A stretch of DNA of 64,000 bases from Candidatus Omnitrophota bacterium (GCA_013202205.1 JABMSB010000031.1:310-64309); one strand, 5' to 3'; counted from the first letter of the stretch, positions 18,938 through 29,520 are shown. Program-made: numbers and translations. Notes: generated by a model not told the origin, from the letters alone.

Positions 18938-20299
18938 ATGCCTGCTACAAAAGAGAAGTTCGCGCAAGAGGTTCTTGGTAAGATGCCGCCGCAGTCTATC
19001 GAGTCCGAAGTCGGCGTTATTGGGTCGATGCTTATAGAGGAGGAGGCGATCGCCAAGGTCATAGAACTCCTCAAACCGTCCTCTTTTTATAAAGATGCCC
19101 ACAGAAAGATATTCGCGTCTATTTTAGATATCTATGCCAAGGGCGGGATGGTCGATATGGTGACCTTAAGTGAAGACCTGAGAAAGAAGAACCAGCTGGA
19201 TAGCGTCGGGGGAGTCAGCTATATCACGTCACTCACTACCATGATACCTACCGCGGCCAGCGTGGTCCATTACGCCAAGATAGTGCGTGAAAAAGCGACA
19301 TTGCGTAACCTCATCTCCGCGGCGACAGAGATCGCTTCCAATAGTTATGATGGGGCTGCCGACGCCGATACGATACTCGACAAGGCAGAACAGATGATAT
19401 TCGAGGTTACCGCCAACAAGGTAGATACGAATATCGCTTCCTTAAAAGATATAATAAAAGGCTCTATCGAGATGATAGACGGCCTTTACCAGCGCAAGGA
19501 GAACGTGACCGGCATACCGACGGGATTCCATGAGATAGATATCATGACAGCCGGCATGCAGCCCTCAGACCTGATAATCCTCGCCGGCCGTCCATCGATG
19601 GGAAAGAGCGCTTTGGCTACCTGTATAGCCGAACATGCCAGCGTTATTGAGAAGATCCCGGTGGCCTTCTTCAGCCTCGAAATGTCAAAAGAGATGCTCG
19701 TCCAGCGTATGCTCTGCTCTCACGCCAGGGTAAACGCGCATAAAGTACGCACGGGATTCCTTTCACAGTCCGATTGGCCCCGCCTGACAAGCGCGGCAGG
19801 GAGGCTCTCCGCCGCTCCGCTCTTTATCGACGATACCCCGGCCTGTTCGGCCTTGGAGATAAGGGCAAAGGCGCGACGTCTTAAGTCGATGCATGACATA
19901 CAATTGATAATCATAGATTACCTGCAGCTTATGCGGGGGGCCGCGAGATCGGAGAACAGGCAGCAGGAGATATCCGAAATATCCCGCTCACTAAAAGCGC
20001 TCGCGCGTGAATTGAGAGTGCCGATTATTGCTATAAGCCAGCTCTCAAGGGCGGTAGAACAGCGCTCAGACCACAGGCCGCAGCTTTCTGACTTGAGAGA
20101 GTCCGGCGCCATTGAGCAGGATGCGGACGTAGTCGCACTCCTTCTAAGAGAGGAATATTATGCCCCGACAGAGGAGAATAGGGGCCTTTCAGAGATTATA
20201 GTAGCCAAACAGCGTAATGGGCCGACGGGGTCCGTGACGCTCGCATTCCTATCGGAATATACACGTTTCGAAAACCTTTCAACCAGAGAGGGACGATGA
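18938..20299 (+). CDS. dnaB: Replicative DNA helicase
   Basis: 453 aa. Walker A GRPSMGKSA. DnaB C-terminal motifs. Confidence 0.9.
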   Translation: MPATKEKFAQEVLGKMPPQSIESEVGVIGSMLIEEEAIAKVIELLKPSSFYKDAHRKIFASILDIYAKGGMVDMVTLSEDLRKKNQLDSVGGVSYITSLTTMIPTAASVVHYAKIVREKATLRNLISAATEIASNSYDGAADADTILDKAEQMIFEVTANKVDTNIASLKDIIKGSIEMIDGLYQRKENVTGIPTGFHEIDIMTAGMQPSDLIILAGRPSMGKSALATCIAEHASVIEKIPVAFFSLEMSKEMLVQRMLCSHARVNAHKVRTGFLSQSDWPRLTSAAGRLSAAPLFIDDTPACSALEIRAKARRLKSMHDIQLIIIDYLQLMRGAARSENRQQEISEISRSLKALARELRVPIIAISQLSRAVEQRSDHRPQLSDLRESGAIEQDADVVALLLREEYYAPTEENRGLSEIIVAKQRNGPTGSVTLAFLSEYTRFENLSTREGR

Positions 20300-22608
20300 A
20301 AAAAATTCATTTTTTCGCTGTATATTTTGCAGTACTTTCCTGTTTTTCTTTATCTTTCTGCGGTGAAGCCTTTGCCAAAGACTCAGGGGCGGGTAAGGTA
20401 ATAAGATCAGTCGTCGTCAGAAACAATAGATCTGTAAGCGAGATGACGATACTTTCCAATGTGCGTACCAGGGTAGGGCAGGCCTTTTCCCAACCCCTGC
20501 TCAATGACGACTTAAAACGTCTGTACGCGCTGGGCTATTTTACGGATGTCTCCATAGACCTGGAGGATTTTCTCGACGGCGTCAAGGTGAGCTTTATAGT
20601 TAAGGAGAAACCGGTCCTTAAGTCCGTTACATTTAGCGGTAACCAGGCCTTAAGAAAGACCAAGCTTAAAAAAGAGATGAAGATTGTCATAGGCGAGATG
20701 TTCAATCCCTCCCAGCTCACAGCAGACCTCAAGGCAATAGAGGCGTTATATGAGTCGAAGGGTTTCGCCCTCACCAATATAGGCTATACAAAGAAGGTGG
20801 ATGAGCGGTCAAATGAGGTGAGCGTAACCGTAATCATAGATGAGAAGGAGCGCGTCAAGATCAAATCGATAACGGTTGAGGGAAACGAGCACATTGCGAC
20901 GAAGAAACTCTTAAAGATAATGTCTACAAAGAAGGACTCCTTTCTTACATCCGGCCACTTCAAAAGAGAAGATTTCGATATGGACTTGGAGAATTTAAGG
21001 CTTTACTACGAGAGGGCGGGTTTTCTCGACGTGGAGGTTACACCGGATCTCGATTACGACGATACCGGAAAGCGGATGCATATCACGATCAATGTCAAGG
21101 AAGGCAATCGTTATGAGGTAGGCCAGATTGCAATAGCCGGCAATAAGGTCTTCCCTGAGAAGCTGATCCGCCAATCCTTGAAGATGGCAACAGGTGAACC
21201 CTACAGCCCTTACGGTGCCAGGGTGGAAGTGCTGAATATACAGAAGTTCTATTCTCATCAAGGATATATGTTTGCCAGGATAAATGCAGACTCATCGCTC
21301 AATCCCAAGACGGGAAGGATCGATCTCACTTATCATATTGAGGAAAATGACCTTGCCTATATCGACAAGGTAAAGATACGGGGTAATTCGAAGACCAAGG
21401 ATGTAGTCATAAGAAGAGAGATGAGGGTCTATCCCGGCGAGCGCTTCGACGGAGATAAATTGCAGCGGTCCAAAGAGAGGTTGTATAATCTCGGTTTCTT
21501 TGAAGATGTGCAGATCGACACGGAAGATACGGACAAACCGAATAAGAAAGATCTCGTCGTGGAGGTAAAGGAAGCCAAGACAGGCGAATTCAGCTTTGGA
21601 GGCGGATATAGCTCGATCGATAAAGTTATAGGTTTTGTAGAGATAACCCAGCGAAATTTTGACTGGGCCAACTTTCCCAATTTCACCGGGGATGGACAGC
21701 ACATGTCGATACGCGCGGAGATGGGTAGCTCAAGACAAGATTATAATTTGAGCTGGACTGAGCCATGGATATTTGACTATCCGCTCTCCTTTGGTTTCGA
21801 TCTCTACCAGCGTACCCACAAACGCCGCTCGAGCGCCGGTTACGGTTATGACGAGAAGCGGCAGGGCGGAGACCTGCGCTTAGGAAAAGAGTTCACGGAA
21901 TACCTGACGGGAAATTTGACATATAAGTATGAGAACGTCCGTATATCCGACATAAGTGAGGATGCAACGGCAGACCTCAAGGCAGAGGCAGGGTCGAATA
22001 ATATAAGCAGCCTCCTCTTTGTCCTGACGCAGGATACGCGCGACAATGTATTTTCCCCGACGCGCGGCTATGTCTTAAAAGGCGGCATAGAGTGGGCAGG
22101 AGGCGCTATAGGAGGCGATAAGGATTTTATGAAGTACACAGGGGGCGCTCGACACTATCAAGAACTCTTTTTAAAGACAGTCCTTCAGTTAAGGCTTCGC
22201 TCAGGCATTGTGGAACCCTACGGGGATAGCCTCACAGTACCCATATATGAAAGATTTTACGCAGGGGGCACGCACACCATACGCGGATATGAAGAGAGGC
22301 GCGTAGGGCCGCGCGATGCGTCATCGAACGACCCCATCGGCGGAGAATCGATGCTGATAGGTAATGTGGAGCTTGTCTTTCCTATATTTCAGGATATCTT
22401 AAAGGGCGCTATCTTCTATGACGTAGGCAACGTATGGGAGAAGACAGGAGATTTTGCTTCAGGCAACTACAAATCGGGTACCGGCGTCGGCATAAGGGTC
22501 AAGACACCGATCGGTCCGGTGAGTATAGATTACGGTATTCCGCTCGATTCGATCGAGGGTGAGGATGAAGAGGGAAGAGTCCACTTTTCGATGGGGCAGG
22601 GATTTTAA
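20296..22608 (+). CDS. bamA: Outer membrane protein assembly factor BamA (POTRA domains + Omp85 barrel)
   Basis: 770 aa. Signal peptide. Five POTRA-like repeats. C-terminal barrel ending in QGF. Confidence 0.9.
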   Translation: MKKIHFFAVYFAVLSCFSLSFCGEAFAKDSGAGKVIRSVVVRNNRSVSEMTILSNVRTRVGQAFSQPLLNDDLKRLYALGYFTDVSIDLEDFLDGVKVSFIVKEKPVLKSVTFSGNQALRKTKLKKEMKIVIGEMFNPSQLTADLKAIEALYESKGFALTNIGYTKKVDERSNEVSVTVIIDEKERVKIKSITVEGNEHIATKKLLKIMSTKKDSFLTSGHFKREDFDMDLENLRLYYERAGFLDVEVTPDLDYDDTGKRMHITINVKEGNRYEVGQIAIAGNKVFPEKLIRQSLKMATGEPYSPYGARVEVLNIQKFYSHQGYMFARINADSSLNPKTGRIDLTYHIEENDLAYIDKVKIRGNSKTKDVVIRREMRVYPGERFDGDKLQRSKERLYNLGFFEDVQIDTEDTDKPNKKDLVVEVKEAKTGEFSFGGGYSSIDKVIGFVEITQRNFDWANFPNFTGDGQHMSIRAEMGSSRQDYNLSWTEPWIFDYPLSFGFDLYQRTHKRRSSAGYGYDEKRQGGDLRLGKEFTEYLTGNLTYKYENVRISDISEDATADLKAEAGSNNISSLLFVLTQDTRDNVFSPTRGYVLKGGIEWAGGAIGGDKDFMKYTGGARHYQELFLKTVLQLRLRSGIVEPYGDSLTVPIYERFYAGGTHTIRGYEERRVGPRDASSNDPIGGESMLIGNVELVFPIFQDILKGAIFYDVGNVWEKTGDFASGNYKSGTGVGIRVKTPIGPVSIDYGIPLDSIEGEDEEGRVHFSMGQGF

Positions 22609-22646
22609 GAGAGGCTTAATAGCTACAACTAAAAAGGGAGGCGGTT

Positions 22647-23177
22647 ATGAAGAAATTCAAGTTTGATATTTCGGCGGTGTTGTGTGCGGCAATCATATCC
22701 TCACTTATCTTTGGGTTTGCGGGTACCTCAGGGGCTGAAGAGAAGATGGGTGTTGTACAGCTTGAGAAGGTATTTAATGAGTATCAAAAGACGAAAGAAT
22801 TGGATAGTATACTTGAGGAGAAAGGTAAGAGCACACAGGATGAGAGGCAAAATAAGGTAGATGCTATCAGGAAGATGAAAGATGAACTCGAGCTCTTAAG
22901 TGAGAAGGGCAAAGAAGAGAAGCAGGCAAAGATAGACGAAAAGATACAGGAACTGCAGACCTTTGACCGCGACAAGACGAATACCTTGAAGAAAGAGCAC
23001 GATCAATATATGAGAGAGATCCTTAAAGAGATCAGCGATAAGATAGAGGCCTATGGTAAAGATAAAGGTTACAGTATGATACTCAGCGACCGCGCCATAC
23101 TCTATAGCGATGAGGAGATCGACCTGACCGACAAGGTGCTGGAAGACCTTAACAAGGGATACAAAAAATCAGAATAA
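22647..23177 (+). CDS. skp: Periplasmic chaperone Skp/OmpH
   Basis: 176 aa. Signal peptide. Coiled-coil OmpH family. Canonical position between bamA and lpxD. Confidence 0.8.
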   Translation: MKKFKFDISAVLCAAIISSLIFGFAGTSGAEEKMGVVQLEKVFNEYQKTKELDSILEEKGKSTQDERQNKVDAIRKMKDELELLSEKGKEEKQAKIDEKIQELQTFDRDKTNTLKKEHDQYMREILKEISDKIEAYGKDKGYSMILSDRAILYSDEEIDLTDKVLEDLNKGYKKSE

Positions 23178-23204
23178 TTAAACAGATATATCAATATAGG
23201 GTTA

Positions 23205-24254
23205 TTGAGAGAAGTTATGCCTGAGAAGACGATAAGAGAGATAGCAGAACATATAAACGGTGAAGTTGTCGGTGATAATAAGGCGGTTATCCGCGGCGTA
23301 TCCGGCATAAAGATAGCCAAGGAAGGCGATATCACTTTCCTTGCAAATACAAAATACGCGCCGCTTATGGAGAAGACAGCGGCTTCATGTATTATCGTAT
23401 CCCAGGATCTCTCTTATGACGGCAAAATCCCTATTATTAAGACCGAAAACCCCTCCATGGCATTCTCTAAAGCAATATCATTTTTAAATCCGGATAAGAC
23501 GAAACGGCCCAAGGGGATCCATCCAAGCGCTGTGGTAGGAGAGAAAATAAGGTTTGGCCAGGATGTCTCACTAGGCGCTCATGTCACGATAGAGGACGGG
23601 GTTCAGATCGGCGATGAGACGGCCATATATCCCGGTGTTTACATAGGCACCAATGCGCGCATAGGCAAGGATTGCACAATACATCCAAATGTTACCATTC
23701 GCGAGAACGTCACGATAGGCGATCGCGTTATAGTGCATAGCGGCACCGTCATAGGCAGCGATGGTTTTGGTTATATGGAAGTAGAAGGTGTACAGAATAA
23801 GATTCCCCAGATCGGTATCGTCGAGATCGAGGATGATGTCGAGATCGGGGCATGTGCCGCTATAGACCGCGCCAGGTTCGATAAGACGATCATCCGACGC
23901 GGTACCAAGATAGACAACCTTGTCCATATAGCACACAATGTTGAGATAGGGGCGGATTCGTTGATCCTTGCGCAGTGTGCTATCGCAGGCAGCACAAAAC
24001 TGGGGAAAGGTGTGATACTAGCAGGGCAGTCGGGCATCGTGGGGCATATCGAGATAGGAGATAAGGTCATAATAGGCTCACAGAGTGGTGTCACGAAAGA
24101 CGTACCGGCCGGTGAGATCATGTTAGGCAGCCCAGCGAAGCCCATATCTTTGTGGAAGAGGATAAATGCTTCAATGCAGCGGTTGCCAAAACTGTTTGCG
24201 AAGATAAAAGATCTGGAAAACAGGATAGAAAATATAGAGAAACAGAAGAGATAA
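23205..24254 (+). CDS. lpxD: UDP-3-O-acylglucosamine N-acyltransferase
   Basis: LpxD N-terminal domain plus hexapeptide-repeat beta-helix. 349 aa. Confidence 0.9.
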   Translation: MREVMPEKTIREIAEHINGEVVGDNKAVIRGVSGIKIAKEGDITFLANTKYAPLMEKTAASCIIVSQDLSYDGKIPIIKTENPSMAFSKAISFLNPDKTKRPKGIHPSAVVGEKIRFGQDVSLGAHVTIEDGVQIGDETAIYPGVYIGTNARIGKDCTIHPNVTIRENVTIGDRVIVHSGTVIGSDGFGYMEVEGVQNKIPQIGIVEIEDDVEIGACAAIDRARFDKTIIRRGTKIDNLVHIAHNVEIGADSLILAQCAIAGSTKLGKGVILAGQSGIVGHIEIGDKVIIGSQSGVTKDVPAGEIMLGSPAKPISLWKRINASMQRLPKLFAKIKDLENRIENIEKQKR

Positions 24255-24265
24255 CCAGGAGAAGA

Positions 24266-25603
24266 GTGGAGAAGCAGAAGACCATAAAAAAAGAAGTGAC
24301 GATAGAAGGCGCCGGGTTAAATACAGGCATCAACGTCAAATGCAAGTTTAAGCCCGCAAGCTTAAATTCCGGGATTAATTTTATCAGGACCGACTTGCCA
24401 AAGAGGCCTGCGATAAAGGCATGCATATCGAATGTCCTTGAGCTCTCAAAGAGCGTCAGGCATACCTCCATAGGCAATGATGGGGTAGAGATCCATACGA
24501 TAGAACATCTCATGGCCAGCATATCCGCCCTCTCGATAGATAACCTTGAGATCGAGATAAATGGCCGGGAGATGCCGGCCATAGACGGAAGCGCGCTATT
24601 ATATTTTGAAGTTTTAAGAGACGCCGGCATTGTGGAACAGGATGGGCCCCGCAAGAGGTTTGTGGTGAAGGAACCAATATGGGTCCAGGACAATAATTGC
24701 AAGCTTATGATCTTGCCCAGGGTTGCAGATGACTCCCTTGCTATATCATATACGCTCGATTATGACCATCCCATGATACGTACGCAACACATGAGCATCA
24801 CACCCACCGAAAAGTTCTTCGAGAAGGAGATTGCTCCCGCAAGGACATTTTGCCTTGAGCGGGAAGTGGAAGAGCTTAAAGGTTTAGGCCTTGGCAAAGG
24901 GGCTTCATATGATAATACGCTTGTTGTCGGTGAGGATGGTGTCATAAAGAATAAACTCCGTTTCGACGACGAATATACAAGGCACAAAATATCGGACCTC
25001 ATGGGCGATCTCTATCTTTTGGGAATGCCCATCACAGGACAGATAATCGGCATTAAGAGCGGCCACGTCCTTAATATAAAGATGCTAAAAAAAATCCAGA
25101 TGCATATAGAGAGAGGCGAGGCAGGCGCGATTAAGGCCGGAAGTGTCGGGCCGGATTTGAGCAAGGGCGAGCTCGATCGTGAAACTATTCAAAAGATACT
25201 CCCCCACAGGGATCCGTTTCTCTTTGTCGATCGTATCATAGAGATAGAGCCGGATAAGCGCGCGGTCGGTATAAAGAATCTGACGATGAACGACGACTTC
25301 TTCAGGGGCCATTTCCCGGGGAAACCTATTATGCCCGGGGTCTTGATGGTAGAAGCGATGGCTCAGGTTGTCGGTGTAATCCTTCTTGCAAAAGGAGAGC
25401 GCCACGGCAAGATCGCCTACTTTTTGTCTATGAATAATGTTAAATTTAGAAAGACGGTACTGCCGGGTGATCAACTTGTGATGGATGTTGAGATCATAAA
25501 GATGAAATTGAGGACGGGCCAGGCCAGAGGCCGTGCCTCGGTAGACGGCAATCTTGTATGTGAAGCCGATATGATGTTTTATGTGTCGAAAGACGAGGGA
25601 TAA
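24266..25603 (+). CDS. lpxC: Bifunctional LpxC (UDP-3-O-acyl-GlcNAc deacetylase) / FabZ (3-hydroxyacyl-ACP dehydratase) fusion; GTG start at 24266
   Basis: N-terminal half matches LpxC (TIKKEVTIEGAGLNTG...FIRTDL). C-terminal half matches FabZ (LPHRDPFLFVDRI...HFPGKPIMPGVL). RBS aggaga upstream of the GTG. The ORF-track ATG at 24152 would overlap lpxD by 100 nt. Confidence 0.85.
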   Translation: MEKQKTIKKEVTIEGAGLNTGINVKCKFKPASLNSGINFIRTDLPKRPAIKACISNVLELSKSVRHTSIGNDGVEIHTIEHLMASISALSIDNLEIEINGREMPAIDGSALLYFEVLRDAGIVEQDGPRKRFVVKEPIWVQDNNCKLMILPRVADDSLAISYTLDYDHPMIRTQHMSITPTEKFFEKEIAPARTFCLEREVEELKGLGLGKGASYDNTLVVGEDGVIKNKLRFDDEYTRHKISDLMGDLYLLGMPITGQIIGIKSGHVLNIKMLKKIQMHIERGEAGAIKAGSVGPDLSKGELDRETIQKILPHRDPFLFVDRIIEIEPDKRAVGIKNLTMNDDFFRGHFPGKPIMPGVLMVEAMAQVVGVILLAKGERHGKIAYFLSMNNVKFRKTVLPGDQLVMDVEIIKMKLRTGQARGRASVDGNLVCEADMMFYVSKDEG

Positions 25604-25605
25604 AG

Positions 25606-26388
25606 ATGGCTGTTAATATCCACAAGACCGCGATAGTTGATAAAAGGGCCAAGCTGGCTGACGGCGTATCCGTCGGCCCTTTTTCTATTATAGGGGGAGA
25701 TGTTGTGATAGGAGAGGGGACGACTATCGGGCCGTTTTCCATAATAGAAGGCTGGACGACTATCGGCAGGGAGAATAAGATATTTTCACATGTTGTGATA
25801 GGGACTATATCGCAGGATAAGAAGTATAAGGGTGAGAAGAGCTTTGTCGAGATAGGCGACAGAAATACGATACGTGAATTCACAACAATAAACCTCGGTA
25901 CGTCTGAGAAGGAAGGTTACGGCACGCGTGTCGGTAGTGACAACTTTATGATGGCCTATTCCCATATAGCGCACGATTGCCTCGTTGGTAACAGTAACGT
26001 CATAGCCAATATGGGTACGCTCGCCGGACATGTTACGCTCGAAGATGGTGTTGTCTTGGGAGGGCTCGCCGGTATCCATCAGTTTGTACGGATTGGGCGC
26101 CTGGCTGTAATCGGCGGTATCTCAAAGGTCGTCAAGGACGTGCCTCCCTATATGATGGTCGATGGCCAGCGGGCATCTGCATGCGGACTCAATCTCGTAG
26201 GCTTAAGAAGGGCCGGGATCAGCAAGAAGGCCCATTCCAGCTTAAAGCAGGCCTTTAAGATATTATTCAAATCAGAGCTCTCATTGCCGAATGCACTAGA
26301 GAAGGTCAAGACAGAAGTGCCTCCCTGCGACGAAATCACTCACCTTATAGAATTTATTAATGGATCTGAAAGAGGTATCTGCGGTTAA
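25606..26388 (+). CDS. lpxA: Acyl-ACP--UDP-GlcNAc O-acyltransferase
   Basis: 260 aa. Hexapeptide repeats. LpxA C-terminal helical domain. Confidence 0.9.
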   Translation: MAVNIHKTAIVDKRAKLADGVSVGPFSIIGGDVVIGEGTTIGPFSIIEGWTTIGRENKIFSHVVIGTISQDKKYKGEKSFVEIGDRNTIREFTTINLGTSEKEGYGTRVGSDNFMMAYSHIAHDCLVGNSNVIANMGTLAGHVTLEDGVVLGGLAGIHQFVRIGRLAVIGGISKVVKDVPPYMMVDGQRASACGLNLVGLRRAGISKKAHSSLKQAFKILFKSELSLPNALEKVKTEVPPCDEITHLIEFINGSERGICG

Positions 26389-26391
26389 CTT

Positions 26392-27195
26392 ATGCGGCGA
26401 ATCGGACTTATAGCAGGGCACGGAAGATACCCGATACTATTTGCCCAGGCTGCCAGGCGCAAAGGTGTTGAGGTGGTCTGTGTTGCCATAGAAGGTGAGA
26501 CTTCCCGCGAGATAGAAGGCCTGGTAGATAAGGTATCCTGGGTCCATCTATGGGAATTTAAGCGGCTCATTGAGGTATTCCAAAAAGAGAGAATACGCCA
26601 GGCCGTTATGGCAGGGAGTGTCACAAAGACAGAGATTTACAGAAAAGACGTAAAGCTCGACCAGGAAGCAGAGAAGCTTATAACTAACACGAAAGACCGC
26701 AAGGATAAGACACTCCTTAAGGCGGCAGCACTAAGATTGCGGTTGGCAGGGGTTAAACTTATAGATTCGAGGATATTCCTTGAAGATCTCCTGCCCCAAA
26801 AGGGCGTATTTACTAAGCGCCAGCCTACCGAGAGCGAGCTACAGGATGTGAAGTTTGGTCGCACTATCGCAAAAAAACTAGCAGATTTGGAGATAGGCCA
26901 GACAATAGTCGTTAAGAATAAGACCGTTGTGGCAGTTGAAGCTATAGAAGGGACTAACGATACAATAAGCCGGGCAGGCAAGCTTGGCAAAGGTGATATA
27001 GTAGTCGTCAAGGTCTCAAGGCCGAAGCAGGATGTGAGGTTTGACATACCTACCGTGGGGCCGGATACGATCAATGCCCTCGCGGATGCGGGAGGAGGGG
27101 TGCTTGCTATCGAAGCAAAGAAGATGTTCATGATAGACAAGGAAGAGACTATACGCCTGGCAGACCAAAAGAATATAGCAGTCATTGCGGTATGA
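26392..27195 (+). CDS. lpxI: LpxI-family (DUF1009) UDP-2,3-diacylglucosamine hydrolase
   Basis: MRRIGLIAGHGRYP... matches the DUF1009/LpxI architecture. Located in the lpx operon. Assigned from memory of the family. Confidence 0.6.
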   Translation: MRRIGLIAGHGRYPILFAQAARRKGVEVVCVAIEGETSREIEGLVDKVSWVHLWEFKRLIEVFQKERIRQAVMAGSVTKTEIYRKDVKLDQEAEKLITNTKDRKDKTLLKAAALRLRLAGVKLIDSRIFLEDLLPQKGVFTKRQPTESELQDVKFGRTIAKKLADLEIGQTIVVKNKTVVAVEAIEGTNDTISRAGKLGKGDIVVVKVSRPKQDVRFDIPTVGPDTINALADAGGGVLAIEAKKMFMIDKEETIRLADQKNIAVIAV

Positions 27196-27965
27196 ATAGA
27201 GAGTTGAAGATGAATACAGGTTCAGTAAAAAAGAAGCTGATAACATTCATTCGTTGTCAGACGAAAAGAGCAGGTGTCGGGCGAATGGTCATAGGCCTCT
27301 CAGGCGGTGTTGATTCTGCCGTGAGTGTTTATCTGGCCGCAGCCGCTCTTGGCCCTAAAAATGTCTTGGGTCTCATGATGCCATATAAGACGAGTAGCCC
27401 TATAGATACAAAAGATGCCCGCTTAGTCGTAAAGGCGCTCGGCATCAAATCGAAGACGATCTCTATTACGCCAATGGTCGATGCGTATTTTAAAAAATTC
27501 CCCAAGGCCAATCGAGTACGCCGGGGCAATAAGATGGCCCGTGAGCGCATGTCGATCCTTTATGATCAGTCAAAGGTATTCGACGCACTCGTCATGGGCA
27601 CAGGAAATAAGACAGAGATACTCCTTGGATATTACACCCTCCACGGTGATGCGGCCTGCTCGATAAATGCTATAGGATCTTTGTATAAGACCCAAGTGCG
27701 GCAGCTTGCTAAAAGCTTAGGTGTACCGGAGGGTATCATTACAAAGGCACCTTCGGCAGGATTGTGGCCCGGCCAGACCGATGAGGGTGAGCTTGGCATG
27801 ACCTATTGTGAAGTAGACAGTCTTCTCTATTATATGATCGATAGGGGATATTCTCAGTCGAGATTAGCCAAGATGGGTTTTAAGAAGAGTTTTATCAGGA
27901 AGGTTTCAAACCGGATTGCCTCCACCTGCTTCAAACGTCTCCCACCTGCCATAGCAGTTATCTAA
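27192..27965 (+). CDS. nadE: NH3-dependent NAD+ synthetase (start 27192 or ATG 27219)
   Basis: PP-loop GLSGGVDSAV. 257 aa. Confidence 0.85.
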   Translation: MNRELKMNTGSVKKKLITFIRCQTKRAGVGRMVIGLSGGVDSAVSVYLAAAALGPKNVLGLMMPYKTSSPIDTKDARLVVKALGIKSKTISITPMVDAYFKKFPKANRVRRGNKMARERMSILYDQSKVFDALVMGTGNKTEILLGYYTLHGDAACSINAIGSLYKTQVRQLAKSLGVPEGIITKAPSAGLWPGQTDEGELGMTYCEVDSLLYYMIDRGYSQSRLAKMGFKKSFIRKVSNRIASTCFKRLPPAIAVI

Positions 27966-27988
27966 AATCCCGCATAGTTTTATAATAA

Positions 27989-28046
27989 GATTACAATTGT
28001 AACCTTTTTTGGGTTACAATCGTAATATATAAAGGTTACAAAATAT
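27989..28046. promoter_or_regulatory. Three phased TTACAA-type sites (~22-23 bp apart); the first is the perfect palindrome TTACAATTGTAA
   Basis: GATTACAATTGTAACC at 27989-28004. GTTACAATCGTAA at 28013-28025. GGTTACAAAATAT at 28034-28046. Confidence 0.4.
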
Positions 28047-28126
28047 CGGAACAGGCTCAAGCTGCATTGCCTCTACCTGTTTAGGCATTTTCCACCCCAA
28101 AACTGTATATGCCAATTATTAACATA

Positions 28127-28155
28127 GCAAAACCACACAATTTATATAACATATT
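28127..28155. promoter_or_regulatory. Inverted repeat ATAACAT-N13-ATGTTAT in the AT-rich spacer
   Basis: tATAACATattttaatatataATGTTATg. Confidence 0.35.
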
Positions 28156-28291
28156 TTAATATATAATGTTATGTAAAATATACATCCGACCAAAATTAGA
28201 TATATTTAAAAATAGTCTTGACTAATTTAAGATATATGGTAAAATAGTCATAGTAACATATAGGGGATTCCAGACCAAAGGAGGTTTTGTA

Positions 28292-29500
28292 ATGAAGAGA
28301 GTATATGCATCTGTCATCAAGGAGCATTTTGATCGTTACCAACAGATGATCTTTCTTGTAGGCCCCAGGCAGGCCGGGAAGACTACAGTGGGCCTTATGG
28401 CTAAAGAATTTTCCGATCAATTCTCCTATCTGAATTGGGATAATTTGGATCATAGAAAGATTATTCTCGGGGGGGTAGATAGCATCGCAGATTTTTCCGG
28501 CTTGAATAAAATGACAAAAGAAATGCCCATTATTGTGTTTGACGAGATTCATAAATACAGCAAATGGAAGACCTTCTTGAAAGGTTTCTTCGATACCTAT
28601 AAGGGCAAGGCAAAGATTATTGTTACAGGCAGCTCCCGATTAGATGTTTATAAAAGAGGCGGAGATAGTTTAATGGGGAGATATTTTCCGTATCGTTTGC
28701 ATCAACTGTCGCTAGCAGAACTGGGACGTGTTGTTTTGTCAGATAAAGAAGTTCATGAACCTTTTAGAAATAAGAAGGGGGAGTTGGCAAGATTGCTAAA
28801 GAATGGCGGCTTCCCGGAGCCGTTTATCAAAGATGACCCCAGGTTTTTGAATCGTTGGAAGAGATTGCGTCAGGAACAGCTGATCCGGGAGGATATCAGG
28901 GATTTAAGCCGGGTCCAGGAGTTAGGCCAGATTGAACTTTTGGCCGAAATCTTAAAGCACCAGGCTGGGCAATTGACCAATTATTCGAAGCTGGCCAATA
29001 AAGTCAATGTATCTTCTGAAACGATACGCCGGTGGATCAAGACATTACAATCATTTTTTTATTGTTTCACTATACAACCATGGTCTAAGAATATTCCCCG
29101 TTCACTCATCAAGGAGCCAAAAACCTACCTGTGGGATTGGGCCAACGTCGATGAGGAAGGGAGTCGAGCTGAAAATTTGGTTGCCTCTCATCTTTTGAAA
29201 GCTGTTCACTTTTGGACAGATTGCGGACTGGGGCAATATGGTTTATGGTTTATCAGGGATAAGGAGAAGCGCGAGGTAGATTTTGTAGTTTCACGCGACA
29301 GAAAACCATGGTTTTTGGTTGAAGTTAAGCTATCGTCAAAAGGAGGGGTAGCTAAGAATCTGGTTTATTTTAAGGATAAGATTAAGGCAAAACATGCCTT
29401 CCAAGTAGCATTCGATATGGATTACATCTCTAAGGATTGTTTTAAACATCAAAACCCGATAATTGTTCCTGCCCAGACATTTTTGACACAGCTGGTTTGA
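28292..29500 (+). CDS. COG1373-type AAA+ ATPase (AAA_14 + DUF4143 architecture)
   Basis: Walker A LVGPRQAGKTT. Walker B IIVFDEIH. 402 aa. RBS aaaggagg. Confidence 0.75.
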   Translation: MKRVYASVIKEHFDRYQQMIFLVGPRQAGKTTVGLMAKEFSDQFSYLNWDNLDHRKIILGGVDSIADFSGLNKMTKEMPIIVFDEIHKYSKWKTFLKGFFDTYKGKAKIIVTGSSRLDVYKRGGDSLMGRYFPYRLHQLSLAELGRVVLSDKEVHEPFRNKKGELARLLKNGGFPEPFIKDDPRFLNRWKRLRQEQLIREDIRDLSRVQELGQIELLAEILKHQAGQLTNYSKLANKVNVSSETIRRWIKTLQSFFYCFTIQPWSKNIPRSLIKEPKTYLWDWANVDEEGSRAENLVASHLLKAVHFWTDCGLGQYGLWFIRDKEKREVDFVVSRDRKPWFLVEVKLSSKGGVAKNLVYFKDKIKAKHAFQVAFDMDYISKDCFKHQNPIIVPAQTFLTQLV

Positions 29501-29520
29501 AGATTACCCTAAGAGACTAT

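Noticed and set aside
24152-24265. ATG 24152 as the lpxC/fabZ start
   Set aside because: It would overlap lpxD by ~100 nt. LpxC homology begins at the GTG at 24266, which has an AGGAGA RBS.
28292-29500. COG1373 ATPase as a defence system
   Set aside because: It is a single gene with no nuclease, effector or partner ORF. This family is widespread as a singleton. I flag only the context, not a defence function.
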